A stretch of DNA of 54,758 bases from Octopus bimaculoides (lineage: Eukaryota), in the NCBI RefSeq assembly GCF_001194135.2, contig NC_068982.1, positions 7,172,793-7,227,550 of the forward strand, in the 5' to 3' direction. Shown here in pieces: positions 1 to 13,292 of this stretch. A program made the position numbers and the translations under genes. The notes under the pieces were generated by a model. That model searched no databases and was not told the origin of the DNA. It saw only the letters and a program-made list of their open reading frames with translations. The stretch's first letter is position 1. Each line of letters opens with the position of its first letter.

Positions 1-573
1 ATATATATGTATGTATGTATATATATATATATATATATTATAGTATAGTATAGTATAGTTGAATCTTCCCTCTCTTATTCAGTGTTGTGGTTTTCTACTT
101 CACTAAACTAGGAACGTGAAAATAGATGGCCACCAGTGAAAGTCAGGCCACCGAATAAAAGTAGAAACTTTATTTCTTCTCTACACTTTTTTCATGCTTC
201 CCGTTGTCATTATGTGTCTGACAAATTACTCCTCTTATTTAACAACCGCTGCGCATTCTTTCTGTAAACTCTCACACCGCAAAAGTGAAAAAAAAAATGG
301 TATAAATAATGTTTCAGAACAAAAACTCCAACTGCATCAATTACTTGGATATACTGCGGCCACCAAAAGACGATTTCATATTTTGTTACGTTTCAGTGGG
401 ATTTCTCAAAATCATTGCAATCATTGCGTTAATTATGACTTGCTCCACGTTAACTCCATACCCTTTTCAGTTAGTTTCACCTGCATTTCTGAAATTGCTG
501 AGATATTTGCTAGCCATTTGATCGACAATATAACTCAAAAATGCAGCATATACCATGCATAAATGCTCCTTTT

Positions 574-641
<68 letters not shown>

Positions 642-915
642 GCCAGTAAAAATAAATACAAAAAAGGTTGTTTTTTTATATGAATGTGTATAGAGGAATA
701 TATATTCATATTTATATATTTATATATTTGATCCTTTATATTGAACACTCAATATTTCATCTACATTCAATACTTTCTTTCATGGTGCCATCCATTTTTA
801 TTTTATTTTATTTTATATTATATATTGTATATTCCATATTCTATACCCCACATTGGTTCTGCAGGAATATAAATAAAACATAAAAAACAGACAGTGTTGG
901 AACTCTTTTAAACAA

Positions 916-954
<39 letters not shown>

Positions 955-1380
955 NNNNNNNNNNNNNNNNNNNNNNNNNNNNNNNNNNNNNNNNNNNNNN
1001 NNNNNNNNNNNNNNNNNNNNNNNNNNNNNNNNNNNNNNNNNNNNNNNNNNNNNNNNNNNNNNNNNNNNNNNNNNNNNNNNNNNNNNNNNNNNNNNNNNNN
1101 NNNNNNNNNNNNNNNNNNNNNNNNNNNNNNNNNNNNNNNNNNNNNNNNNNNNNNNNNNNNNNNNNNNNNNNNNNNNNNNNNNNNNNNNNNNNNNNNNNNN
1201 NNNNNNNNNNNNNNNNNNNNNNNNNNNNNNNNNNNNNNNNNNNNNNNNNNNNNNNNNNNNNNNNNNNNNNNNNNNNNNNNNNNNNNNNNNNNNNNNNNNN
1301 NNNNNNNNNNNNNNNNNNNNNNNNNNNNNNNNNNNNNNNNNNNNNNNNNNNNNNNNNNNNNNNNNNNNNNNNNNNNNNNC

Positions 1381-1610
1381 GCCTGTCGTATATATGTATG
1401 TATGTGTTTGTGTGTCTCTGTTTGTCCCCCCAACATCGCTTGACAACCGATGCTGGTGTGTTTATGTCCCCGTAACTTAGCGGTTCGGCATAAGAGACTG
1501 ATAGAATAAGTACTAGGCTTCTAAAGAATAAGTCCTGGGGTCGATTTGCTCGACTAAAGGCGGTGCTCCAGCATGGCCGCAGTCAAATGACCGAAACAAG
1601 TAAAAGAGTA
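1381..1610 (+). mobile_element. SINE family A (CORE-like, internal microsatellite), 3' half; head probably in N-gap
   Basis: Near-identical to the 3' halves at 8190-8403 and (reverse) 5100-5300; ends GAAACAAGTAAAAGAGTA. Confidence 0.9.
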
Positions 1611-2904
1611 TATAGAGAACAACACTATATTCGTATGATGTCTTTATTTTCTATGCAGAATCCGTTGACAAACAGTTTTGTTTTATAGACAAGTCTATTA
1701 TAGTTGGATTGCTATAATTAATTTGAGACGAATATAAGGTGCACATACATGAGTGTGCGTTATTCATGTGTGTGTGTGTTTCTGTGTGCGCGATTCAAGA
1801 AAGCAATGATGTATTACGTCGGCAAAAATGATAACGAACTTCGTTATTTTGGATATGACTTCATGTCCTGATGACAATATTACTCTAGCAGCAGCGGGTC
1901 GACTCTTCCTTCAGTCGAAAGAAAATAAATATTTCAGTACTGAGAAAGAGAAAACGTAACGATAAAGTAGGAGCGAGAAGCGAAAGGGTAAACCTGAGAA
2001 ATGATCGTAGATATTGTATTAAATAAAAGAAAATGTATTACAAAAAATTGATTTTGTATTGTCACGTTCGTAACAATGAATATAATTGAATGCGTTTCTA
2101 AATCGGTTTTTATTGTTACAGGTTTCACATTTATGTTTAAGTAAGTGTCGAACTAGCGAAAATAATTCTAGCATTGTATCAGTAGACGGCCTTGGAGAAT
2201 GCTGAATTTCGCCTGAGGTGTATTGGCTATCCACATAACTGGAACGATTAGGAATAGGAGGTATCAGTTGGTAGTGAATTAGTGGCAGGAATGAAAAAAA
2301 GGGAGCAGCAATATATATAATCTACAAAAAGCATGTATTCATTATATTTTATGAACAGGCAAATCGTCTATGGACGAGGCAATGCGAAGCATGAAGATAC
2401 GTATTGCTTTCCTATCACAATTCCCTAATGTCAATATTTAGATATATCCATGCCGTCAGTGTTTGTTTATTTACATTTCTTTATTACTTTGTCATCGGCT
2501 CCGATTCGTTTTATTTTTCGTATTCCTAATGTCCTCACAAAAAGACATGAATATATTCTATAACGGATACATTCGAACGTGCCTATATAATCACATAAAT
2601 GGCGTCAAAGTTTCTTTCGCCCATCCATTTAAATCTACGCACCACCATTCCTCTACTATTTTGCTCATTGTTATCGTTTTTATAATTTCTTGTGTCCTTT
2701 GCGTTTCCTCCACAACCACCCACCTCCCTTCGCATTCCACTTCAAAAGATTTGATAGTTGCAGACATTAAATAGTATACGTAAATACTAATATTTGACAT
2801 GACTCAGTCCTTTAAATAACTTCTGTAGACTGTTTCTATAGAATCTTTTCAAATTTAAACGTTTCTTTAAACAAACATCCTTGAAATTGAATTGTTTATT
2901 GTTT

Positions 2905-3112
2905 AATGTTTGTGTGGGAGGTGTATGTGTGCGTATGTGTGTGTGTGTGAATGTGTGTGTGTGTGTGTGAATGTGTTTGTATGTGTGTAAGTGTAAGTGT
3001 GCATGTGTGTGTGAGTGTATGTGTCTGTATTTGTGTGTGTCTGTATGTGTGTCTGTCTGTATGTGTGTGCACGTGTGCGTCTGTGTGTGCACGTGTGTGT
3101 ATGTGTGTGTAT
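2905..3112 (+). repeat. Degenerate (TG)n tract
   Basis: Directly visible. Comparable TG/TA/AG/CT tracts lie at ~575-641, 6314-6370, 8830-8940, 10340-10730, 16620-16800, 20646-20800, 28213-28300, 34701-34800, 42325-42505, 45240-45375, 51818-52157 and 52400-52700. Confidence 0.95.
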
Positions 3113-3547
3113 TTAGAATATGAAAGCAAATATTAGTATATTCTAATAGCATTAACAGTGTTGTTTCTGATCTAACACCTGACATACTGTTCATGATGAA
3201 ATAGCCATAATATGGAAGCAAGAAGTAGCCAATGAACTGCAAGATACGTATTTCTTTTTTCTATGAAGCCTTAGCAAATTATCACTTGTTACTCGTACTC
3301 ACATGAAAAGCGATGTACCGCTGTACCGTAGGTAGATACAGTTATCTTTTCCTTGAGGAAATCTAAGTAAATGTTTTGTCGTAGAAGATACTGCACATGT
3401 TTACTAATCAGTAAAGTTATTTGGCTGCAACGTCTGAACAAAGGCAACACGTGTCAGGTGAGTAGCTCGACAACTCAATACCTTCTGAGAAATGGTCTGA
3501 ACTTGATCTGCAATTGAGCTGCTTGAATAATGGCAACACTTTCTAAT

Positions 3548-3768
3548 ACCGTTTTCAAACTTTGGCACATGACCAGTAATTTCAGTGAAGAGGAAGGGAT
3601 TAACTGGATTAACTCGACCCCATTGTCCAACTGGCACTAATTATATCGATCCTAGAAGGTTGAAAAGCAAAACCGACCTAGGCAGAATTTGAACTCATAA
3701 CGCAAAGACGGACGAAATTCTACTAAGCATTTTGGCCAACATGGAAATGATTTTGCCAGTTCGCCGAC
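3548..3768 (-). mobile_element. SINE family B (tRNA head, GTCGAT-N4-TCGAC-type module), degenerate
   Basis: AATTTGAACTC (B box, reverse), CTAAGCATTT; tail similar to GGCCTTGTGCCAAAATTTGAAA. Confidence 0.75.
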
Positions 3769-5099
3769 TGGTAACGATTTCTGGTATTGGTACGTGTTTA
3801 CAGTTTTGGAGAATACAGCAGCATGGTTTTAGACATGTTGACTGCCCTAATTGATTAACTATGGTTTTCTGTCGAATATAATTCATTGTTCTGAATTTGA
3901 GCTCAGATATTACCTCTAATAAAATAATTTGCGAATAGCAAAGGACTCTCATTCCAACAATGACTGGTGCTCAAATTTCTTTGATTTTCATGCAAACTAC
4001 ACCCTCCTCGAGAGTTATGTCTGCAGAATGTCCAATGAAAATATTAAGCGCATATTTTATAACCGTTTTTAAATTATATCTCCACATACTGAATTCCTTG
4101 CTCATGTTTTCCACAATCTTTCAACTTATGAAAAACTCAATGCGTGTCATATCAATCTTGTCCGGTTATTTTATTCCGTTCTTATGAAGCAAATGTTGCG
4201 GCAATATACGGCTAATTAAAGTAAGAGCTGCCACAGACGAAATATTATGTGAGACATTATTGTTATTCGTGGAACTGATCAATAAATCCCGTCTTAAATT
4301 CAAGAAACAAATTAGTAGCCTCAATTTATCACCTGGGACAGTTATCGTTAGTAGGTAATACTGCAAGGGCAGTGAGGCAGATAATATCTAAGTAACGATA
4401 TCTACATCTGTATGAGCGTCTCCAATAATACAATCAATTGCAAGGCGGACAAATAAATATGTATATAGACAACGAAAATCAAATTGACACCAGCATTTAA
4501 AATTCAACAAAGCAGACCGATGTATCCTATATTTAAAAGATATACAAAGATGTCCGATGCCAGGATCAGAAAACATTCATACATCACCAGGAGTTTCAGT
4601 GTTACAAATCAATAACAGATCGAACAGTCAATCAGACCACCTAGTAACCATTTAGGAATATGTTTCTCTTTCACCTATACTGTGACGTTTCGTCAAGATA
4701 CTTTACACTTGCTTGTTCGATCGCTGCACTGAATAGTAAAATTGTAAATAATTAGCTAGATAAATTTCAGTTTAACGCAATACTCATGGGAAATGAAGCA
4801 TAATAGACGGGTGTCTCAACGGATGAGAATATTTAATTGAATTGTTATCATATCTATACGTCAGAGATCGGCCGCAGGTAGTTTGGTCTCGCTTTGATAT
4901 AAAACATGACGAGAGAGTCGTTAATACTCTTTGATGTGCCTGACGGTATATGGGTCTCTTAGTTACTTCATTTCAATGGAAAACTTTATTTGGTGTTAAT
5001 TGGTAAAAGAAATACTGGGAGTCGTGAGGTAGAAATCTAGACGAGGAAATTAATGGATAGAAAATAAGGAATATCAAGATTGTTAAAGAAGAACAAGTA

Positions 5100-5317
5100 T
5101 TCTTTTATTCTTTTATTTGTTTCAGTCAATTGATTGTGGCCATGCTGGAGCATCGCCTTTAGTCGAGCAAATCGCCCCCAGGACTTATTCTTTGTAAGCC
5201 TAGTACTTATTCAATCGGTCTCTTATGCCGAACTGCTAAGTACGGAGTCGCAAACACACCAGCATCGGTTGTCAAGCGATGTTGGGGGGGGACAAGCACA
5301 GACACACAAACACACAA

Positions 5318-5353
<36 letters not shown>

Positions 5354-5356
5354 ACG

Positions 5357-5449
<93 letters not shown>

Positions 5450-5621
5450 GCACACACACACATATATGACAAGCTTCATTCAGTTTCCGTCTGCCAAATC
5501 TACTCACAAGGCTTTGGTAGGCCTGAGGCTATGGTAGAAGACACTTGCCACGCAGTAGGGCTGAACCTAGAGACATGTGGTCACTAAACAATCTACTTAC
5601 CACACAGCCACTCCTGCGCCT
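5100..5621 (-). mobile_element. SINE family A, full length
   Basis: tRNA-like head (A box TGGCTGTGTGG, B-box-like GGTTCAGCCC), decayed CORE-like segment, (CA)n/(TA)n middle, conserved 3' half. Confidence 0.9.
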
Positions 5622-5944
5622 ATGTACATAATAATTTTAACGCAATTCTCTTAAATGAAAAAAAATAATAATAAGATATAGCAAAGTAAATGTCATGGTT
5701 CGTTAACCATGAAGTTTGCAAAGAATTTACAGCTAAAACATGTTTATCCCAGCAATGGAAATCTTAGCAATTGTAGTATTATCCACGCAATTACTTGAAG
5801 CCTATCGTTAAGATGGCGATTTCAAGAAAGTCTTGAAATTTTAGTGGACGTAGGAATACATTTAGAGGAACAATATTGGAATATTAAAACTTTTTAATAA
5901 AACTAGATTAATCTTCAAGACATCTGTGGAATTGTTATATTTTG

Positions 5945-6156
5945 AATTCAAAGTTTGGAACAAGGCCAGCATTTCGAGTTGGGAGTTAAGACGATTACAT
6001 CGGTCCCAGTGCGCAACTGGTATTTATTTTATCGACCTCCATAGTATGAAAAGCAAAGTCAACCTCGGCGGAATTTGAACTCAGAACGTAAAGACGGACA
6101 AAACACCACTAAGCCTTTCATCCGACGTGCTACCAATTCTGTCAGGTCGCCGCCTT
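5945..6156 (-). mobile_element. SINE family B
   Basis: GGCGGAATTTGAACTCAGAACG; ATTACATCGGTCCCAGTGCGCAACTGG. Confidence 0.85.
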
Positions 6157-6313
6157 ATATAATTAATATATGATTAATATTTATTGATCAATTGGATTTT
6201 AAAGAACCATTCTAAAATATCAATGTACTAGCTGACAGGTGAGAATTCAAGGAACTTTCCAGACTTGTGAACTCTTGATCAATGTTATATAAATGTTTAT
6301 GTATATATGTGAA

Positions 6314-6372
<59 letters not shown>

Positions 6373-6943
6373 ACAAATATATTCGGGTATATACAATCGT
6401 GTACCCGTTTGTTACTAATTTATATTATTATTAAAACATTCATATTTTTTCTATCTCTTTTCCTTGTTTCTTTACTGCACTCCTTTATTCTCTCTCTGAT
6501 TAAGATTTTCTATAAAGTCACTCCAGTCATGCCAATCCCATTTAATAGATAATACTCTGAATTATGATACACAATTTTGATAATGTTTTACTTTCTCGAG
6601 CAGACAACTGTCTGAATATAAAGGCTAATTGACAAATCCAACTTCTAAACTTATCTTCTCAACTAACACATTAAAACCATCTTTATTATTTTTTATTTGC
6701 ATTTATAACTTTTAAGAACATGATCCCCACTCATTAATTTATCTCTATCTCTTTATAAAGGTGAATTCGTCCAAATACTGCTCGTATTAATTTATTCATC
6801 AATGTCATCATGAAATTTTTATTGATGTTTTGTGAGAACACCGAATACTGCGTTATTAGTTTCTCTCACATAAGCACTTGATACATAAAGCACACATATA
6901 GATCATAGCAGGTGACAATCGTCTGTCATGGCCGCCGGGACTC

Positions 6944-7268
6944 ATATCACGTGATTTCATTCTACTTGAAATCATCAGTCAAATCTTACTGCAATGATAT
7001 ATAGAACATTAGCATCTCTTCTCTCACTGATATAACAAATAGCCATTAAAAGTTAGTTGTTAGCGAGGGGAGCAATATGACGACAAAACGGTAATTTGTC
7101 TATCCATCTTAACATAGATGACTAGTTAGAACACCGAATACTACATTCTAGTCCTTGGGAGATTCTCTCATATAGGGGTTTGGGGCATAAAAGCACACAA
7201 ACAAACTGGTATGCGGTGACCGGACGCCCCATGTCGATGAATTCCAATAGAATGAAATCACGTGATAT
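6944..7268. repeat. Perfect 21-bp inverted repeat pair 283 bp apart
   Basis: ATATCACGTGATTTCATTCTA (6944-6964) and TAGAATGAAATCACGTGATAT (7248-7268). Confidence 0.85.
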
Positions 7269-7800
7269 TGGATTTTGGGGGCTAGTGATAAACGATTTCG
7301 GTCTGCTACGATCTCTGTTTGTCTTTTTATGCGCCAAGTACGTATATCAGAGGATCTCTTAAGGAAAACAGCGCAATATTCGACATTTTAACAGGACATC
7401 CATGTAAAGTTGGATATGAAAATTACCTTTTGGTATTCGTAGTGCTTCCGTCGCTAATAATTAACTTTTCCCAATGAATTTTACAATATGAATTCTATAT
7501 ATATGCATGTTTTTCAACTTAAAGGGGCTTATTGGACCCATATAATCTTGAAACAGTGTTTATTAAGAAGCAATGAGGCTAAACCAGTATATATATATCA
7601 TGCCATATCAAAATTGAAAACAACCACATTACAAGGCAAAGAGAAACGAATTGGAATCCCCACTTTACCCAGAAGTGAAATGTTTAAATGATTTTTCTTA
7701 ATCAGTTTCTACTTATTTCTATCTTCATTAAGAAATCGGATCAATAAAACCACCACTTATTGTACATGTAACAAGCAAATCACAAAACCTCGGAAATTGT

Positions 7801-7979
7801 AGGCGTAGAAGTGGTTGTGTGATAAGTAGCTTGCTTACGAACCACATGTTTCCGGGTTCAGTCCCACTGCGTGGCACCTTGGGCAAGTGTCTTCTACTAT
7901 AGCCTCGGGCCGACCAAAGCCTTGTAAGTGGGTTTGGTAGACGGAAACTGAAAGAAGCCTGTCGTATATATGTATATAC

Positions 7980-8016
<37 letters not shown>

Positions 8017-8138
8017 TANNNNNNNNNNNNNNNNNNNNNNNNNNNNNNNNNNNNNNNNNNNNNNNNNNNNNNNNNNNNNNNNNNNNNNNNNNNNNNNNNN
8101 NNNNNNNNNNNNNNNNNNNNNNNNNNNNNNNNNNNNNN

Positions 8139-8173
<35 letters not shown>

Positions 8174-8403
8174 GTATGTGCGTGTATATGTTTGTGTGTC
8201 TGTGCTTGTCCCCCCAAACATTGCTTGACAACCGATGCTGGTGTGTTTACGTCCCAGTAACTTAGCGGCTCGGCAAAAGAGACCGATAGAATAAGTACTA
8301 GGCTTAGAAAGAATAAGTCCTGGGGTCGACTTGCTCGACTAAAGGCGGTGCTGCAGCATGGCCACAGTCAAATGACTGAAAGAAGTAAAAGAGTAAAAGA
8401 GTA
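7801..8403 (+). mobile_element. SINE family A, full length (N-gap inside its microsatellite)
   Basis: Head AGGCGTAGAAGTGGTTGTGTG...GGGTTCAGTCCC; ACCTTGGGCAAGTGTCTT resembles the CORE domain of MIR-type SINEs; AAAAGAGT tail repeats. Confidence 0.9.
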
Positions 8404-8828
8404 ATAGATGATGCCCAGCTTCAGAGCTTATGACGTTAGTCATCATTTCATCACTTTATGCGGAAGAATATAGAACTAAAGAGTTGTGCTTAAGTTAACA
8501 TATTTCACAAATGATAGGACACAATTAAAATAGTCTAAGACACAGCTCAAATAATTACAACTGAATCTCATATAAAATACTTGGGGTTACATGAATCTAA
8601 TGACATTCAACTTACAACGATGAAAATGACGAGCTATCATAATTGTAATCTCCATCCTATGTATAATAAATTGGCTGTTTAGTGAATAGGTGTGAGAATC
8701 CTGAAGGTGATTAGATATGCTTTTCCAGATGCTCGAAATAAATAACTACTGCAGAGGGACAGCAGGCAAAGTAGATGGATGCGTGCATGTATATGTATTT
8801 ATATTTAATGTAAACGGACGTGTGCCTG

Positions 8829-8862
<34 letters not shown>

Positions 8863-10042
8863 GTGTGTGCGCGTGCGCGTGGGTGTGCGCGCGTGCGTGT
8901 ATACACACATACATATATATAAATATATATATATACACGCACNNNNNNNNNNNNNNNNNNNNNNNNNNNNNNNNNNNNNNNNNNNNNNNNNNNNNNNNNN
9001 NNNNNNNNNNNNNNNNNNNNNNNNNNNNNNNNNNNNNNNNNNNNNNNNNNNNNNNNNNNNNNNNNNNNNNNNNNNNNNNNNNNNNNNNNNNNNNNNNNNN
9101 NNNNNNNNNNNNNNNNNNNNNNNNNNNNNNNNNNNNNNNNNNNNNNNNNNNNNNNNNNNNNNNNNNNNNNNATATATACCTGTATGTATAGTACCAGCTG
9201 CTGACATTATGCTGGTTATTTTCCTGTCTACTTTTGACCAGATATGTATCGATATTGACTATGAAACGGCCATTAGGACATATAAGAACAGAAAATATTC
9301 TTCCTGCTCCCAATCAATTCACAAATTACAATCACTTGCGGCGGTGGATATTGTTGCTAACCTTAATTAGAAGACACAAGGGTTGCTTCAAGTAAGCAAA
9401 ATTCTATTTTCTGAATAAACTTACAAAATAAGTAATGATGTGTATTAAGCATAGAAGAGGTGAGAAAATAACTTCCTAATATAAATATAAACCTGTCAAG
9501 GAGTTAATGGCGATAAAGGTTTCGTTTTAATGTCTTAATCAATTCTTAGCTTAACGTTTAAACGAGACACGTCAATAAAATTGTGAGTGCTCAATGTTTC
9601 AACCTCCCTTTTGAATTAATTCTGAAAGATATAATTTCATAGACTGATACGTAATAGGGAAGTTTACTCCAGGCCAAATAGATAACTTACTCATCTTCCG
9701 ATTTTCTATTATTTAGTTCTTTAGTTCTATTTCTTTTCTTTTCTTTTTTTTCTTTTTTTTTTTGTCAGTCCATTACTGAGAATAAAAGAATACATTAACT
9801 AATTAACACATTGACTAGAATAAAATTAGACAATAGACAAATGTGAATGTCAGTGATTTAGAAGTAAATTTGATTAAGAACAAATAGCTATTGTATTAAA
9901 TTAAAATTAAATGACTTGAACTATCATATATTATAAAAGATGATTTTTTAACTATTCCGCTACCATCACGAAAATAATAATGTTCCTGCATATTTATAAA
10001 AGAAGTTGTATATGAACTAAAACATTCATAAAATATACATAC

Positions 10043-10078
<36 letters not shown>

Positions 10079-10366
10079 TTCAGGGCATCTCAGAAGAACC
10101 AGATAATAATCTACAGAATTAGAACCGGAAGTTTTCTGTCTGATGAAAGTACTTCTTTTGATTCTGCGCATTTAACATTATTTTACATGATTGTATCTGC
10201 GAAACTGTAACATTAAACTGAAATTCTAGTCAACGTGTTACTTAGTTAATATATACTTTCCTTCTTTTATAATCATTCACGCGTGTAGGTATCTTCTTAA
10301 CGATCGTTCAGCGTAAAGTCTCAGTCATGAGTGTTTTGTGAGTGTATATGTATGTATGCATGTATG

Positions 10367-10434
<68 letters not shown>

Positions 10435-11592
10435 ATATGTATGTATGTATGTATGTACGTACGTATGTATGTACGTATGTAAGTATGAACGTGTATCTGT
10501 TCTTGTGCATATATACATATATATGTGCATGCATATATCTATATATTTTATACATAAGCATATATGTGTGTGTGTACACATGTATATATATATGTGTGTG
10601 TGCGTGAGGGTACCCACACACACATTCATACATACATACGTACATACATAATTACATACTCACACACATACACGCACACACACACGCACACACACACATA
10701 CACACACACACATATATATATGCGCATAAATATATATTATAGGTTAAATATATTTTATTACTTATGATGAATAGGATGTGTGATTAATATATCAAAGTAT
10801 GAAATGAATATTTTAAACGCTGACAAAATTTCAACCGAATTGCTGACTGTTAAACTAAAGAAGATCTAATAAAAATTTCAAAAAGTTTCAAATTCAACAT
10901 CAACAGCTTCATTAAGAGATGCAAAATTACTTTCTCCATCCTTTGATTATGTAATGATCTTGTTCGCTTAACTCCACCGATTCGTCATTCACTATAATTT
11001 TTAATACGTCATTTGATTATTACCGATGATTTTGGCCTTAATTCTACTGCGTCGCGTTGTCAGATTCCAAAAATTTTAACTTCAATAATCCCTAGGCTCG
11101 AAATTTTATTATAATTTCTGCATATTTTAATAAATTTTCCCTTGTTTTTTCTTAACCATTTCAGAATCATATTTCATACTATTCTATGGAAAGCTTTAAG
11201 CATTGCCTCACCAATCACATTACTACAATGTTTGATTCAAAAATTATGAAGATAATTATAGATTTATGCATAACTTTTTAAAAGTGAAGTACGTGGAAGT
11301 AATATTTTGCTGCAATCGTTGAAGTTATTTAACATATAGAGAGAAATAAGTAAAAATCTATTTAAGAAATGTCGTAAATACTTTACACATTGCCTTGATA
11401 TTTTGCATTAATACAAACCACTTTATATTTGTATGTTATATTTATAAGATAAACAAGTTACAATGAATAATAAAATTTCTTTGGATGATAATGTACTTTC
11501 GTTTTGCAACTAACAGCACTTACTTCTTGTGTAATGCTCTTAATAGAAGTAGCTTAAAAGGTTATGTAGTAAATATGCTGACCTACGAAATA

Positions 11593-12681
11593 TATCCTGT
11601 TGCATACAACTATAATGTATCCTATTGTACTAACTCTTCTTTTCATGCGATACTATTCTAATTTTTTCATTAAACAAAATATTTTGAGAAAAGGTTAACC
11701 AAACATCAAACATACAAAAACGCGCATATATCATGGACGTTTTGAGATTCTACTGTAGCGAAACGAAATGCATTGGTCGTCTGTTTCTAGAAACTCCTTT
11801 ATACCGATGACCTAGATCTCATACCTAAGTCAGTCGAAGGATTTATTTTCTTTTCAAATCATTAATTATGTACTAATAAATACTATCGACCTATGATATC
11901 TCTATAGAGTAAGGTGTAGTAACAAATCAACGAGAGAGAATGGACATGAACGTATGAACAGATAGAAATAGAAATAACTGTCTTCCAAATTATATAAACG
12001 AAAGAGTATGTAAGACAACGTAATCTTAGAACAAAAGCTGTCATGCTCGCCACTGCAATACACAGGGCTGTTCAAGATTTAAATAGTAATATTGTCAACA
12101 ATAACAGCAATAATACAACTAATTCTAAAATTATAAATATGAATAGTGAGATGTAATTAATGCCAATGAATAGAAAATAACGCATTAAAACATTACCTTC
12201 TAAACGTGGTAAATAAAGTATAACCAAGAAACGTTATAAGAACACAAGATAAGTGTGTATTTCATGTTAAGTATTTGGTAATCGTATATTTGAATAATGA
12301 TGATTGGCTGGCGTTCTCTATTGACATGTTGCTTTATCGTCGTCATTAACTTTCTAGATTTGTACGAGATGTTACATTAATAAAATAATAAAGTATTCTA
12401 CCTTGGAACACACCTTCCTGTTACGTAATATGCTGTGATGATATGTGACAAACAATTTCGTTTAACACTTACGAGCACTCATACGCTATGCACATACACG
12501 TACACACTTGAAAGCATATATAGATGTTTGTAAATACATACATGTATGTATGTATTTTATCTTGTTTTACACAACATAATGCTTCCTATAATACTAGCTC
12601 TTATTTTCATGCTATACAATTCCTATTTTCTTTATTAAACGAAATATCTTGGGAAAGGGTTAATCAAACATTAGACATACA
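11593..12681 (+). repeat. Diverged ~122-bp direct repeat pair (11593-11716 and 12558-12681)
   Basis: About 80% identity by eye; offset 965 bp. Confidence 0.8.
11788..11841 (+). mobile_element. Tiny LINE reverse-transcriptase relic
   Basis: *KLLYTDDLDLIPKSVEG resembles WELLYADDLVLIAESVEE (YADD motif region). Confidence 0.45.
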
Positions 12682-12889
12682 CGTACAAGGAATACATTCA
12701 ACAATACTGTTTATAAGTTTATCTTTGAAATCATTGGAAACAGTATTTCTAACTGTATGGCCGCACATTAGAAAGACAATAAAACAGTGTTTTTAGATTT
12801 ATTACACATATGCTTTTTTTTCGTTATCTATTTGTTATCCTGCCACCAGAATTATGAAATTATTAACAATTGCTTTCCGTCAATACATT

Positions 12890-12924
12890 CTTCCGACCTT
12901 TTGGCTGAGATCAAATTGTAGTAT
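12890..12924 (+). pseudogene. U2 snRNA 5' fragment (approx. nt 5-39)
   Basis: CTTC-CGACCTTTTGGCTGAGATCAAATTGTAGTAT aligns to U2 CTTCTCGGCCTTTTGGCTAAGATCAA-GTGTAGTAT, including the branch-point recognition GTAGTA. No further U2 body or Sm site follows. Confidence 0.75.
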
Positions 12925-12952
12925 GCGTGTGTGGGGGGTGTATGTATACAGG

Positions 12953-12961
12953 GAGACAGAC

Positions 12962-13002
<41 letters not shown>

Positions 13003-13219
13003 TATAGATAGATAGATAGATAGGTAGATAGATAGATAGATAGATAGGTAGGTAGGTAGGTAGGTAGGTAGGTAGGTAGGTAGGTAGGTAGATAGGGAGG
13101 TGGGTGGGTAGGTAGATACGTAGGTATGTAGGTAGGTAGGTAGGTAGGTAGTTGGTGGATAAATAGCTAGCTAGCTAGATAGCTAAACAGACAGACAGAC
13201 AGACAGATACATAGATAGA

Positions 13220-13277
<58 letters not shown>

Positions 13278-13290
13278 TACATAGATAGAT
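12953..13290 (+). repeat. Compound (GATA)n/(GGTA)n/(GACA)n microsatellite
   Basis: Directly visible. Confidence 0.95.
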
Positions 13291-13292
13291 AA

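Noticed and set aside
194-562. ORFs at 194-562 and 309-521 (hydrophobic stretch)
   Set aside because: No recognisable domain and no consistent splice chain.
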